In this document: piece after piece, positions 47,935 to 57,197 of the stretch
How positions within the stretch are numbered: position 1 is the stretch's first letter
Layout: each line of letters starts with the position of its first letter
Virus record (IMG/VR): IMGVR_UViG_3300047469_000197
Span: 1 to 64,000 of that record
Source: a virus
Reading direction: 5' to 3' (one strand)
DNA length: 64,000 bases
Position numbers and translations under genes: made by a program
The notes under the pieces: model-generated
Database searches by the model: none
The model's input: the letters and a program-made list of their open reading frames with translations, nothing else
Told to the model about the DNA's origin: nothing

Positions 47935-48609
47935 TTAAGCGTTTGATTGAATGCCTGCCGCTCCTGCAACTTGCTTAATGACCACCAGCGCCTGTAAATA
48001 CTTTCTGCCCCAGATGAAAAAGTCATCTAATGGCACCAGGGAGAACAGATCGTATTCTTTATGCGGCCAGCAGCGTTCCAGTAGCCTTACATCGGCCAGT
48101 GATGGCGCGCAATCCAGCACTTCCTGGCAAGCTGCCTTGATTGGCTCAAGCTCTTGACGGACTTCTGGCGGTGCATCCTGGAGATCCTTCTCCCAACAGT
48201 GAATCTGCATATGGATAGCCCCCTGAAAGCTTTCCCAGTCCCATTCGTAACACTCATCAACATCCGCGTTGTTAGAGTGCCTTGCCATTTGGAATGACCA
48301 GTAAAGCGGATCGCACCCTATCGTCTCCACCAGGTTTATGACGTCAGGCTTTGGCGAGGTGAATGTGTGGGCGATCCTCCTGTTGCCGTCGACAACAGTT
48401 AGGGTATGGGGGGATATCGTCACCGTGGCAAATTCCACATCGGCCAGTACGTCTATTAGCGCAAACTCCTTCATGCTTGGGTAGTTGTGCGCCTGTTTAA
48501 CTATGAAGCGCGGTGCCGACAGCTCCGCCTCTAACTCTCTTAATGTCTCTTTGAGCTTACATTCTCGGTGCGTGCCTATCACAACTGGTTCCTCGTGCTG
48601 GTGTGTCAT
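47935..48609 (-). CDS. Hypothetical protein
   Basis: 224 aa ORF. Confidence 0.6.
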   Translation of the reverse strand: MTHQHEEPVVIGTHRECKLKETLRELEAELSAPRFIVKQAHNYPSMKEFALIDVLADVEFATVTISPHTLTVVDGNRRIAHTFTSPKPDVINLVETIGCDPLYWSFQMARHSNNADVDECYEWDWESFQGAIHMQIHCWEKDLQDAPPEVRQELEPIKAACQEVLDCAPSLADVRLLERCWPHKEYDLFSLVPLDDFFIWGRKYLQALVVIKQVAGAAGIQSNA

Positions 48610-48846
48610 TTCACATTATCACCATCCCGGATAAATAAAAGAGAGAATTCTGTAAATATCTAATTTAATCAATCTCTTGTAAAGCTGACTTAACACAGCT
48701 TGCTCAGCTGGCTTAACAAACCATCACTATTGGAAAGTCGACTATCCACAGAGCAGTAAAACTATTTGTGTGGGCCTCGATTTATTAACATTGCTGAAGC
48801 TTTTGTTATAATCAGTCCCGAACATTAATCAACTTGGATGATTACT

Positions 48847-49329
48847 ATGGCTTTGACTTGTAATTTCGCCCTTAACGGCATGCCTATGTCTCTTCTCACC
48901 TGTTACGGGATCGGCACGTTCCCGGCATTCTCTGGTCAGAAGCAGGGGCGTAACAATGCCAGCCTCACTACAGTGAAAAATATTGGCCCTATCCCCCAAG
49001 GGCGCTACTACATCGTTGGGCGGGAGTCTGGCGGGCGACTCGGTGATTTGCGGGAAAGCATATTGAAATATGGTTACGGTACTGACCGCCGAGAATGGTT
49101 TGCGCTTTACAGGTCTGACGGCAAAATTGATGACTGGACGTTTATAGAGGGAGTTAAACGCGGTAATTTCCGTCTCCACCCGATCGGGCCAATGGGATTA
49201 AGTGAAGGGTGTATAACCCTGAACCACATAACGGATTTTGAACATCTCCGCCGACAGCTTCTTAGAACAAGTATGATCAATGTGCCCGGCTCTCAGATGA
49301 AAGCCTACGGCACAATACAGGTGGATTAA
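48847..49329 (+). CDS. DUF2778/Tlde1-family L,D-transpeptidase-like protein
   Basis: AFSG, GPIP.G.YYI and FRLHP......SEGCIT. Confidence 0.85.
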   Translation: MALTCNFALNGMPMSLLTCYGIGTFPAFSGQKQGRNNASLTTVKNIGPIPQGRYYIVGRESGGRLGDLRESILKYGYGTDRREWFALYRSDGKIDDWTFIEGVKRGNFRLHPIGPMGLSEGCITLNHITDFEHLRRQLLRTSMINVPGSQMKAYGTIQVD

Positions 49330-49568
49330 TGATGAAAAAATGGAGTTTACGCGTACTGGCTTTCATTGCTCTGCTGATAGTAATGAATTTTGCGGTTGCC
49401 TGGGTCGTTCGCCTTACCGCACCAAATTTTACCGATACACTTGCTGGCTGGTTTAACAGCTCTGGTGTGGAGGACACGGCAGACCTGTTAATCGACTTCA
49501 CGTTTCTAAGCGCGTTACTGCTGACAGTTATAATTATGGGCTTGCTCAGGTTGCGCCGGAGCCGTTGA
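49329..49568 (+). CDS. Small two-TM protein (possible immunity partner)
   Basis: Coupled to the DUF2778 gene; two hydrophobic helices. Confidence 0.65.
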   Translation: MMKKWSLRVLAFIALLIVMNFAVAWVVRLTAPNFTDTLAGWFNSSGVEDTADLLIDFTFLSALLLTVIIMGLLRLRRSR

Positions 49569-49680
49569 ACCTCTCCGGACTACCATTCAGGGAGGCCCAT
49601 AGGATCAAATACGACAGGTAGCGGGTCGCCGGCCAAACGCCGGTGCTCTACGAGAGACTCCCGACGCACCGGCACCGCAG

Positions 49681-49851
49681 TTATCCACGAACCAGAATCC
49701 TCCATGCGATGAGCTGCGCGCCCACGGCCAGCACCAGTAACAGCACAATGCGGCGCTTGCGCTTCTTCCAGCCTTCAAACCGCCATTCAGCCAGCGCCCA
49801 GCTCACCAGCGCAGCTACTGCCACCAGCAGCCACACAACCACCTGTTTCAT
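49681..49851 (-). CDS. Small two-TM protein (56 aa; not in the ORF track)
   Basis: MKQVVVWLLVAVAALVSWALAEW...RIVLLLVLAVGAQLIAWRILVRG; ATGA overlap. Confidence 0.6.
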   Translation of the reverse strand: MKQVVVWLLVAVAALVSWALAEWRFEGWKKRKRRIVLLLVLAVGAQLIAWRILVRG

Positions 49852-50114
49852 GCGCGTTGCTCCCTCATCACGTACACGGGCAGCTCCAGGCTGGCAGCGC
49901 GATCATGAAACAGGGCCACTGTGCGTGTCGCTGTGCCACCAGCACCGACCACCTGAACATTCCCGACCGGATGGCCGTAAACGTCAACTACGCGCGCTAT
50001 AAGCGCCTCAGCGGCGGCGTAAACGTAGGGGTTTAAATCAGTGCTGCCGTCCGGCTGAGGTTTCTCTGCAAATCCGTTGGCCAGAAACAGCGCTTTTATG
50101 TCCTGCCTGTTCAA
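49848..50114 (-). CDS. Hypothetical phage protein
   Basis: FLANGF..K.QPDG..DLNPYVY.AA.AL, a motif I recall from phage early genes. Confidence 0.65.
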   Translation of the reverse strand: MNRQDIKALFLANGFAEKPQPDGSTDLNPYVYAAAEALIARVVDVYGHPVGNVQVVGAGGTATRTVALFHDRAASLELPVYVMREQRA

Positions 50115-50117
50115 TCT

Positions 50118-50504
50118 TTACTCCTGAAATCCGCGATCGTCGTCATAGCCCACGATTCCGCCATGTGATGCCACCAGCTGCTCTATGAAGGCACGTTCAA
50201 TGTTTCCCAGAACGTTATCTTCCCCCATCCGCGCATTCAGTAGTGGGTCATCGTGGCTTGGGAAGCCAATCTCAAAAGCTGTGTAACCGGAAACGTCAGC
50301 AAGGCTCTCATTTGGCTGGCAGCTAAACATTGCGCTGGCCTGAACGCTCAGGGAGAAGCCATCCGCACATTGTATGCGGCGGTTGAAATAGGATGCCGTG
50401 CCGAAAATCTCCATGAGATGGCTGTTGCTCTTAATGATTTCAGCTTCTTCAGCACACTGGATGCGGCCACCGTTCAACCAGTCGTTTAGCGTCTTTGACA
50501 TCAT
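50118..50504 (-). CDS. Hypothetical phage protein
   Basis: CADGFSLSVQAS...EIGFPS...HGGI. Confidence 0.7.
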   Translation of the reverse strand: MMSKTLNDWLNGGRIQCAEEAEIIKSNSHLMEIFGTASYFNRRIQCADGFSLSVQASAMFSCQPNESLADVSGYTAFEIGFPSHDDPLLNARMGEDNVLGNIERAFIEQLVASHGGIVGYDDDRGFQE

Positions 50505-50776
50505 TCACCTCTCTGTTCGGCATACACTACGCGAGTAGGCACACCATCTTTCGTGTACCGCTCGTAACCTTCATCGTTAATGGTGCGCCAGCTGTCGCAG
50601 TCGGCGTTATCCAGCACCTGATAGATCGGGTTAGCGAAATCGATATTCACCGGCAGCATTGAGATCTGGCTCTCTGTCCAAGTGCCTTGTTCGATCATGC
50701 AGTCACAGCGGCTTTCATGTTCGTCTAAGCGCTCACATCCGCACCCATCGCAGGTAAAAAGCGTTCTTATCTGCAT
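50501..50776 (-). CDS. Hypothetical protein
   Basis: Coupled ORF with CxxC motifs. Confidence 0.55.
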   Translation of the reverse strand: MQIRTLFTCDGCGCERLDEHESRCDCMIEQGTWTESQISMLPVNIDFANPIYQVLDNADCDSWRTINDEGYERYTKDGVPTRVVYAEQRGE

Positions 50777-50991
50777 CAGATATCCTCATTTCGGCATGAA
50801 TCTGCCGGATTACCGCATACTGCATCTAAATGCTTCTGGATCCACTCGGACAGCTTCAAGCCCTCTTTCTGGGCTTCCGACACATAGCGGTTTTTACGAT
50901 CGGGGGTGACGCGCATCTGTATCTGAGCTGTCGCCTGAACATCTCCTTTGAGGGAGTTTAATGCGCGGGGATCGCGTTGTTTGTCACCCAT
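50776..50991 (-). CDS. Ribbon-helix-helix DNA-binding protein
   Basis: AQIQMRVTPDRKNRYV..AQKEGLKLSEWI. Confidence 0.7.
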   Translation of the reverse strand: MGDKQRDPRALNSLKGDVQATAQIQMRVTPDRKNRYVSEAQKEGLKLSEWIQKHLDAVCGNPADSCRNEDI

Positions 50992-50993
50992 AG

Positions 50994-51917
50994 TTACCCT
51001 TGTTGGTTTGCAGCCTCAGTAGACGGCAGTGTGTGGTAGACGTTATTGAAAATGTCAGAGCTAAAGCCCAAGGCGCAATCCATTTCCTCAATGGCTTCCA
51101 GCGCGTTCATTGGCGTGCCGTCATCCTGTAAAATTGAGAAATCATAAGGCAGCACAAAGGAGCCTGCGGTGATGTAGACGATCGCTGGCAAGTCTAATGA
51201 TTCCGCCTTGCTACCCGTCTCCATGCGCCATTCAAAGGCTATCTGATACTCGCCTTCCGTATCGGTAACTGAAGCTGTGCCATACACATCAGCGCCCTCG
51301 CGCTTAGTTACCGCGATATTCTGGACGTCCCACCATTCCAGTTCAAACATATTGCTCAGCGTCATTCTGTGAGCTGGCGAGGTGCCGGGACGCCAGCCAG
51401 TCTCCAGAATGTGATTGAACAGGTTCAGGTAAGGCTCGTTGACATCTTCAAAGGAGCATTCAGTACCAATGTAGCCCGCACAGTGGTGGTTTTTGAGCCA
51501 TACCAGGGTCGCAAGGTCGCTGCACTGCACATTAACCGTTGCAAGATTGGACTGAATGTCTGCGTAAGCCTCAGCGTCAACAAAGCCGGGTTTCTTACTC
51601 TGCTCGATCAAACCAGTCAGGGTGTAAGCCATGTGCTGGATTGCGGCGGTAGGCGTCATGGACTCGGCTTCCTTTAAGGGGGCTTTGTATGCCGCTACGG
51701 CTTGTGCTAACCAGCCTTCAAAGCGAGCACATATTGAGTTGTTGGGTTCGCGCGACGCGGCTTGATAGAGAGGCTCAACCTGAAAGCGGCCTTCTGCATC
51801 TTCCCAAAGCAGGTGGGCTTTATTGCCTGCATAACCACATTCGACGGTCGGGGTGAAGCCCTTCGCCAGCAGATCGTTAACGAGGGTGAAGAACGCAGCT
51901 TTTAACATCGGTTTCAT
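50994..51917 (-). CDS. Hypothetical protein
   Basis: Long ORF; AAGGA RBS before ATG at 51917. Confidence 0.65.
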   Translation of the reverse strand: MKPMLKAAFFTLVNDLLAKGFTPTVECGYAGNKAHLLWEDAEGRFQVEPLYQAASREPNNSICARFEGWLAQAVAAYKAPLKEAESMTPTAAIQHMAYTLTGLIEQSKKPGFVDAEAYADIQSNLATVNVQCSDLATLVWLKNHHCAGYIGTECSFEDVNEPYLNLFNHILETGWRPGTSPAHRMTLSNMFELEWWDVQNIAVTKREGADVYGTASVTDTEGEYQIAFEWRMETGSKAESLDLPAIVYITAGSFVLPYDFSILQDDGTPMNALEAIEEMDCALGFSSDIFNNVYHTLPSTEAANQQG

Positions 51918-51989
51918 TGGGTATTCCTTAGTGCCTGGAGCCGCCAGGGCGGTGGCGCTCGTTAGCGCCATGGGATGAATGTAATGGGC

Positions 51990-52334
51990 TCAGACTTGCT
52001 TGTCAATACAAACAACATAGTCAGCCGGCATAGTGATTTTGCTGACTGGCTTTGGGAGTAAAACTTCCACCTTCGAAAAATTGACCTCAGTCTTCTTTTC
52101 GGTTGCTTCCAGGCAGACCAGGAACGTGCCTATCTGCAAGTCCTTACGCCATACGCTGTAGCGATGCCCTAACCCTTCCGGTTGAACCGTTACAGTCACC
52201 TGCTCACGGTGCAGCTGCTCAGGGAACTTCCAGCACCCAAAGTGCCCCATGATTACCAGCTGAAGGCGCTCATCAACCAGCTGCGAAACCTTCGCAATGA
52301 CCAGGCGCGCATAATCCCGCAATAAGTCAGTCAT
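51990..52334 (-). CDS. Hypothetical protein
   Basis: Coupled ORF. Confidence 0.55.
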   Translation of the reverse strand: MTDLLRDYARLVIAKVSQLVDERLQLVIMGHFGCWKFPEQLHREQVTVTVQPEGLGHRYSVWRKDLQIGTFLVCLEATEKKTEVNFSKVEVLLPKPVSKITMPADYVVCIDKQV

Positions 52335-52536
52335 GCCATTCGCTCAGCTCTTCTAACACTGCCTCATACGCTTCGTGATGATCCTCAAAGGGTGGCTCGC
52401 CCATATACGCCATGCTGTCTACCGTCACTTTCGCGTTGCTGCGGCAAAAATCACGGTGTTGTTTACGACTCATGGGCCAATCGCTGGTGGCTTTGCGCCA
52501 GGCGTGATTAGCCAGCTGCAATTGTGTTTTAGGCAT
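52327..52536 (-). CDS. Hypothetical protein
   Basis: Start re-called to MPKTQLQ (GAGG RBS). Confidence 0.55.
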   Translation of the reverse strand: MPKTQLQLANHAWRKATSDWPMSRKQHRDFCRSNAKVTVDSMAYMGEPPFEDHHEAYEAVLEELSEWHD

Positions 52537-52774
52537 TGTTTGGCCTCTGCTGAATGTTCGCCCTGAAAAGCCCGCTAATGTGATCAACCAGCTGCATGCC
52601 ATTAAGCCCCATCAGTCTGAGCGCCACACGGTCACGGCGATATGCGCACACTTTAGGGCGATTATCATTGCGCTCACGTCCGCGCAGTGATGAGGATGAG
52701 TTATACCGTAACAGAAGCGCATTGCTTTGCTTAAGGTCAGCGGCCACCAGCTGCTGTAGGGTACTACTCGGCAT
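52529..52774 (-). CDS. Hypothetical protein
   Basis: Start re-called to MPSSTL (GGAGG RBS). Confidence 0.5.
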   Translation of the reverse strand: MPSSTLQQLVAADLKQSNALLLRYNSSSSLRGRERNDNRPKVCAYRRDRVALRLMGLNGMQLVDHISGLFRANIQQRPNNA

Positions 52775-53486
52775 TCGCCACCTCCTGTGCCAGTCCGTCA
52801 ATGAACTCAATTACATGGCTTGCAAGGCTGTTGCAGCCGTCTGCATTCAGGCGGTCACTGACTTCTCGCCAGCGGTCATAAGCTTCGTTGCGTTGCGGGT
52901 CTTCTATGTACTTCACGATGTTATCTAACGCATTCTTGCTGCCCTGATGGCACTCACGCGCTTCCAGTACTGCAATGCGCGCCTGTGCTTCTTTGTATGC
53001 TTCCACCAACGCCGGTGGTGATGTGGGAATGCCCTTCAGCTTGTCCACGATGCAGTAAGCGATCTGCTCGCGTAGCTGGTGGGTATGGCCGTAAGTTTTA
53101 GCGATATCACGCAACTGGTTAACGGTTTCGCGGATTTCATGATCAGTAATCGGCTGAATATGGCTCTTGGCCACCAGCTCTGTGATGGCTGATTCCAGAC
53201 GTTTCCCCAATGGCGTCTTGGTACAATGCTCAGCCCATTCGTTACTGTCGAGAAGGCCAAGTACTGCCTGAACGTCATCAGCCAGTGGCCGGGTAACATA
53301 ATCCATCAACGGATTTGTGGCGTCATGAATATGCATTGCGGCGCCACGGCGCTGAAGGCGGTGCAATACGGTGTAAAGCGCGAATGCTTCCGTGCGTTCG
53401 CGCCCGACTTCCAATGAGCAGGCGACCTTGTGAGCATCGCTTGCCAGATGATCAAGACGGTCGTAAATGTCTTGTGACGTCATCAT
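52764..53486 (-). CDS. Mosaic early protein (Ead/Ea22-like modules)
   Basis: HEIRE.VN.LRDIA..Y..T.QLRE.IA module plus a coiled coil. Confidence 0.55.
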   Translation of the reverse strand: MMTSQDIYDRLDHLASDAHKVACSLEVGRERTEAFALYTVLHRLQRRGAAMHIHDATNPLMDYVTRPLADDVQAVLGLLDSNEWAEHCTKTPLGKRLESAITELVAKSHIQPITDHEIRETVNQLRDIAKTYGHTHQLREQIAYCIVDKLKGIPTSPPALVEAYKEAQARIAVLEARECHQGSKNALDNIVKYIEDPQRNEAYDRWREVSDRLNADGCNSLASHVIEFIDGLAQEVANAE

Positions 53487-53671
53487 TCACCCACCCACGT
53501 TTCAGGCCAGCCAGAAACAACACCGGCGCACGTCGGCACGGACTCTTTGGGGTTGCGCTGTTGGTGAGCATCACGCGCCATGTCTTCCGCCTGGCGCCGG
53601 TCATTGGCCTTAACACGGCAATGCCTGAAGCCGCTATCAGCTACTAAAATCACTGTGAATTGCCTGGCCAT
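53483..53671 (-). CDS. Hypothetical protein
   Basis: Coupled ORF. Confidence 0.5.
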   Translation of the reverse strand: MARQFTVILVADSGFRHCRVKANDRRQAEDMARDAHQQRNPKESVPTCAGVVSGWPETWVGE

Positions 53672-53974
53672 CTACTTTTCTTCTCCGTGCGCATTAATTC
53701 CATGGTTTGCGAGGAAGCCCACCAGCAGCTCTTTTGCTTCGTCGCTGCAGTGCGACATTGCGTCCGCCCACGTTGGCCAGCGCTGATGATCCGCAAAGAA
53801 TGAATACTGATAGTGAAGCGAATCCCGGTTATGCGGCATACCTTCCTCATGCTTACAGGCGCATTGCGGACAGGTTCCCGAAGGCGCGGGAACGATCGCT
53901 AACTGGCTATCCTTGTGAGACACCTGTCGGGTTTGGGTGTCGTACATCGATACGTTAATCGGAATGGTTTTCAT
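53672..53974 (-). CDS. Putative zinc-binding phage protein
   Basis: CPQCA..H....PHN..SL.YQY.F...RWPTW.DAM.HC. Confidence 0.65.
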   Translation of the reverse strand: MKTIPINVSMYDTQTRQVSHKDSQLAIVPAPSGTCPQCACKHEEGMPHNRDSLHYQYSFFADHQRWPTWADAMSHCSDEAKELLVGFLANHGINAHGEEK

Positions 53975-53976
53975 GC

Positions 53977-54246
53977 TTATCCCGCCGTGCTGTGAACTGC
54001 ATTGGGGAAATCCAGCGTTTCGCCGCCGAAGTCCGCCTTGAGACGACTCACGGCGCTACACCACTCGCCGCCGTTCTTACTCTGATCGTCGTCTATCTCG
54101 TCTTCACGGGTCGCATCATGCAGGCAGAGCTGCGAGTCGCCGATGGTATAAAAGCCGATGCGCGTTGAAGGGCAGCTGTTAAGCATGTCCTGTAGCTCGT
54201 TAAGCCAGGCGCGTTCTGCTTTCGTAAGGGGTTTAGTTTTTGCCAT
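53977..54246 (-). CDS. Hypothetical phage protein
   Basis: LTK.E..WL..LQ..L..CPS.RIGFYTIGD...VHSTAG. Confidence 0.65.
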   Translation of the reverse strand: MAKTKPLTKAERAWLNELQDMLNSCPSTRIGFYTIGDSQLCLHDATREDEIDDDQSKNGGEWCSAVSRLKADFGGETLDFPNAVHSTAG

Positions 54247-54719
54247 TACTCGCCGTCCTTCTTGAATGTGAACCAGTGTGTTAAACCGCGTTTGCCACTG
54301 TTGTGGCCAAACAGGGGCTTTTGGGTGGTCAGCGCTAAAATTTCCTGCACCGGGATGTGCGTTTCATTCCATTTGAAGATGAGAACGCCGTGAGGCTTCA
54401 GCACCCTGAATGCCTCAGCAAACCCGGCGCGCAGGTCTTCGCGCCAGGTGCCTTTGTTGAGCGCCCCGTACTTCAAACGCTGCCAGCCTTTTTCACCGGC
54501 GCGCGTGAGGTGCGGCGGATCGAATGCCACCACGTAAAAAGATTCATCCGCAAACGGCAGTTCGCGAAAGTCGGCAATGGTGTCCGGGGAGATAACCAGC
54601 TCCCGATCGGGCAGCTGGTGGGTTTCCGCCCGAATATCGGAGAAAAGTACACGCGGATCCGCTTTGTTGAACCACATCATGCGTGGACCACAGCACATGT
54701 CTAAAACGTCCTTCTCCAT
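54246..54719 (-). CDS. Short class I SAM-dependent (putative DNA) methyltransferase
   Basis: VLDMCCG.RMMWF, FDPPH and RVLKP.G.LIFKWNE. Confidence 0.85.
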   Translation of the reverse strand: MEKDVLDMCCGPRMMWFNKADPRVLFSDIRAETHQLPDRELVISPDTIADFRELPFADESFYVVAFDPPHLTRAGEKGWQRLKYGALNKGTWREDLRAGFAEAFRVLKPHGVLIFKWNETHIPVQEILALTTQKPLFGHNSGKRGLTHWFTFKKDGE

Positions 54720-55354
54720 CAGCGCGCGCCCTCGCAGAAATAATCGTTACAGCCGGTGAAATTGTAGGGATCGAACTGCCAGCTGATTTTTCCGCATTCC
54801 GGGCAGTTAAAGCGGACCTTGCCGCTGCTGGGCTTACGGCGTCGAATCCGCCTGATATGATCGGGAACGCGCAAACCCACTGCCTGAACCATGCGGCGAG
54901 CATTGAAGAGCGGGAGTGGGAATGTGCGCCGCTTAACTTTGTCAGCCACATGGAAAGGCAACCACACCAGCCCGTCCTGATCGCCTGGCTCCGGGTAGAT
55001 GGTTGCTTTGGTGAAATCGGTTGTGGGCATGCCGCCATTACGCAGCCAGTAAAGGTCGTTGCCGTCCCAGCGTTGCTTTTGAAATGCGACGTACTGGATG
55101 CACCCCTGCTCAATGGTGGTCTTGTACGGCACGTGCTGGTGATCGACGTGGATCACGGCCAGCGCATCCACACTGGTAGCGCAGACGGGCTGGTCTATCT
55201 CGCGGCCATGGTTCCAGGCGCGCTGCGCCTCTTCGAGCGTATAAGAGTGCGCCTTATCAATATTGGTGTTGTAGCCCTGACCGTTATGGCAGTGAAATGC
55301 GGCATTACTGCCCACGCTGTCGCGGGTGCAGATGAGGTAAAAGCGGTCTTTCAT
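54719..55354 (-). CDS. Hypothetical phage protein with C-terminal CxxC
   Basis: Start re-called to MKDRFYL (ATGA overlap). Confidence 0.65.
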   Translation of the reverse strand: MKDRFYLICTRDSVGSNAAFHCHNGQGYNTNIDKAHSYTLEEAQRAWNHGREIDQPVCATSVDALAVIHVDHQHVPYKTTIEQGCIQYVAFQKQRWDGNDLYWLRNGGMPTTDFTKATIYPEPGDQDGLVWLPFHVADKVKRRTFPLPLFNARRMVQAVGLRVPDHIRRIRRRKPSSGKVRFNCPECGKISWQFDPYNFTGCNDYFCEGAR

Positions 55355-56046
55355 GCCACCAGCTCCCGCATGTTGATTGACTTGGTCACGGCAGCAACGG
55401 CCATTTTTTTCAGATCGTATTTTCTGATACCCCATTGGATGGCGTAGCACAGCCACAGGAAGCTCGGACGCAGGCGGCGGGCGCTCACGTCATACCATTC
55501 GTCACCGAAAATTTCGTAGCAGCCCTCCATGTCACGCACCATGGCCATTGCTTCATGCTCATCGTAAGAGATATTCAGAATCTGATTTATTTCGTAGGTG
55601 TATTGCTCCACCAGCTGAGCGCTTTCACTGCTGGCATCCGCCAGCTCTTCAGGATCGAACTCCTGACTTGCTTTCCAGCCGTCAAAGGCTGTGTTGACGT
55701 TATTTTCAAACCCTTCAGCATCCCATTCAAAGCAGTTAGCCCTGGCGGTGCCGCTCAGGCCTTCCGATTTCCCAGACCAATAGTCCGGATTGGTTGATAG
55801 ATCGGCCTCCGGGTGGTCGGTGCGGAAGAAGTCGAACATGTCATCCAGGCGGCGGAATGTCATTGTGCCGGCATCACCATAAACAGTGAGGTGCCCCGGC
55901 CACGTGACCAGGCCAAAGAGATAAATGCTGCTCCCCGGACGACAAAGGACAATGTGGCGATGTACGCCGTCATCCTGGATGATCTGGAGCTGGTGGCGAT
56001 CGGTGTCGGTCAGGAACGCTTTGAGAACATCAACTTTTAGGCTCAT
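55351..56046 (-). CDS. Hypothetical phage protein
   Basis: DDGVHRH, VTWPG.L...GD.G and DMF.FFR. Confidence 0.7.
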   Translation of the reverse strand: MSLKVDVLKAFLTDTDRHQLQIIQDDGVHRHIVLCRPGSSIYLFGLVTWPGHLTVYGDAGTMTFRRLDDMFDFFRTDHPEADLSTNPDYWSGKSEGLSGTARANCFEWDAEGFENNVNTAFDGWKASQEFDPEELADASSESAQLVEQYTYEINQILNISYDEHEAMAMVRDMEGCYEIFGDEWYDVSARRLRPSFLWLCYAIQWGIRKYDLKKMAVAAVTKSINMRELVA

Positions 56047-56258
56047 CAGATATACCCCTCGCTGATCAGCTCAGTGAGAGTTACACCAAGGGCAGCGGCG
56101 TACTTTTCGCAAGTTGTGATTGTTGGCTGTCCACGGCTAATCGTGTCCGACACTGTACGCGCCGTTACTCCCAGCATGGAGGCCATCTCGGTTTGCTTCA
56201 TTTTCTGGCGGCGCATCAGCTTACGGACGGCCAGGTTGAAAGAAAAATTACTTTTCAT
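56046..56258 (-). CDS. XRE-family HTH protein
   Basis: MKQTEMASMLGVT..TVS. Confidence 0.8.
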   Translation of the reverse strand: MKSNFSFNLAVRKLMRRQKMKQTEMASMLGVTARTVSDTISRGQPTITTCEKYAAALGVTLTELISEGYI

Positions 56259-56527
56259 TTAGACTCCGCCGCGCCAATCAGGCCGCGCATCTGGCTTTGG
56301 AACTGGTGAATGCCCGCGTTGCGGCCACTCTCGAAGGCGTGCTTGGTTGCGCTGCCAATAACAGCCACCAGCTGAGGGATAAGTGCGTCAGGGGTGCCAG
56401 CAGGCAAGGTGCAGCTTAAATCCCCCTGGTCATCATAGATTTCAAATGAGCCGTCTTTCCGGCCAACTGCTGTGTGTGACTGCCCCACCGCAAATGTGCA
56501 GGTGTAGGATTTATTTTTATCTGTCAT
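56255..56527 (-). CDS. Hypothetical protein
   Basis: Coupled ORF. Confidence 0.55.
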   Translation of the reverse strand: MTDKNKSYTCTFAVGQSHTAVGRKDGSFEIYDDQGDLSCTLPAGTPDALIPQLVAVIGSATKHAFESGRNAGIHQFQSQMRGLIGAAESK

Positions 56528-56613
56528 AGGTTGGCGACCTTTTTACTGATTGTGGAGCGCGCCGAACGGGGTCAGCGCGTAGTGTGGAAAGATTTCCTGT
56601 GTACAGCCGTTAC

Positions 56614-56988
56614 TCACCATTCTTCGCCCATGGCTTCTGGCGGCGAGGTATCAATCAGAGCTATCGCATCATCGTAATCTGACGCCTTAATCTGGCCGCT
56701 ACTCATCGAAAGGCGCATGAACACATTCGACTGACCGTTTGCTAACAGGTATGCCGTAGCGCCTGCGCAGTGGGCCTCCTTACCGGATGGGTGGTAATGG
56801 TCGCCGCATTCTGAGTTTTCGCCGCCCGTGGCGTAGGTGGTTTTATGGCACGGGAAAGAAGCAAAACTGTTACCCAGTAGCTCCGCCTTGATGCCGTCCA
56901 GCCTTCCCGGATTGAGTTCTATGCCGCCTTCGCTCAGGAACGGGCAATTTGCACAGGGCTTTTTGAGCGCAAAATATCGATCACTCAT
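56614..56988 (-). CDS. Cys/His-rich putative metal-binding protein
   Basis: PC.NCPF, F.CHKT and HCAGA. Confidence 0.7.
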   Translation of the reverse strand: MSDRYFALKKPCANCPFLSEGGIELNPGRLDGIKAELLGNSFASFPCHKTTYATGGENSECGDHYHPSGKEAHCAGATAYLLANGQSNVFMRLSMSSGQIKASDYDDAIALIDTSPPEAMGEEW

Positions 56989-57197
56989 GTGCGCTTGAAC
57001 TCAAATACTTTGTCTACATCGAATGCCCGCATGATTTCATCGTCGAAGCCATAACGGCCCATGACTTCAGCTGCGGCGCGTTCCATCTCGGCGCAAAAAG
57101 CCTGATAACCGCCTTCCTTCATTTTGTTTGTCCACCAGTCGAGGGCATTACTCGCTGTCGGCGTGAACTTGGCGGTCAGGTGCTGTTTCTGGCTCAT
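56985..57197 (-). CDS. Hypothetical protein
   Basis: Start re-called to MSQKQH. Confidence 0.55.
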   Translation of the reverse strand: MSQKQHLTAKFTPTASNALDWWTNKMKEGGYQAFCAEMERAAAEVMGRYGFDDEIMRAFDVDKVFEFKRT

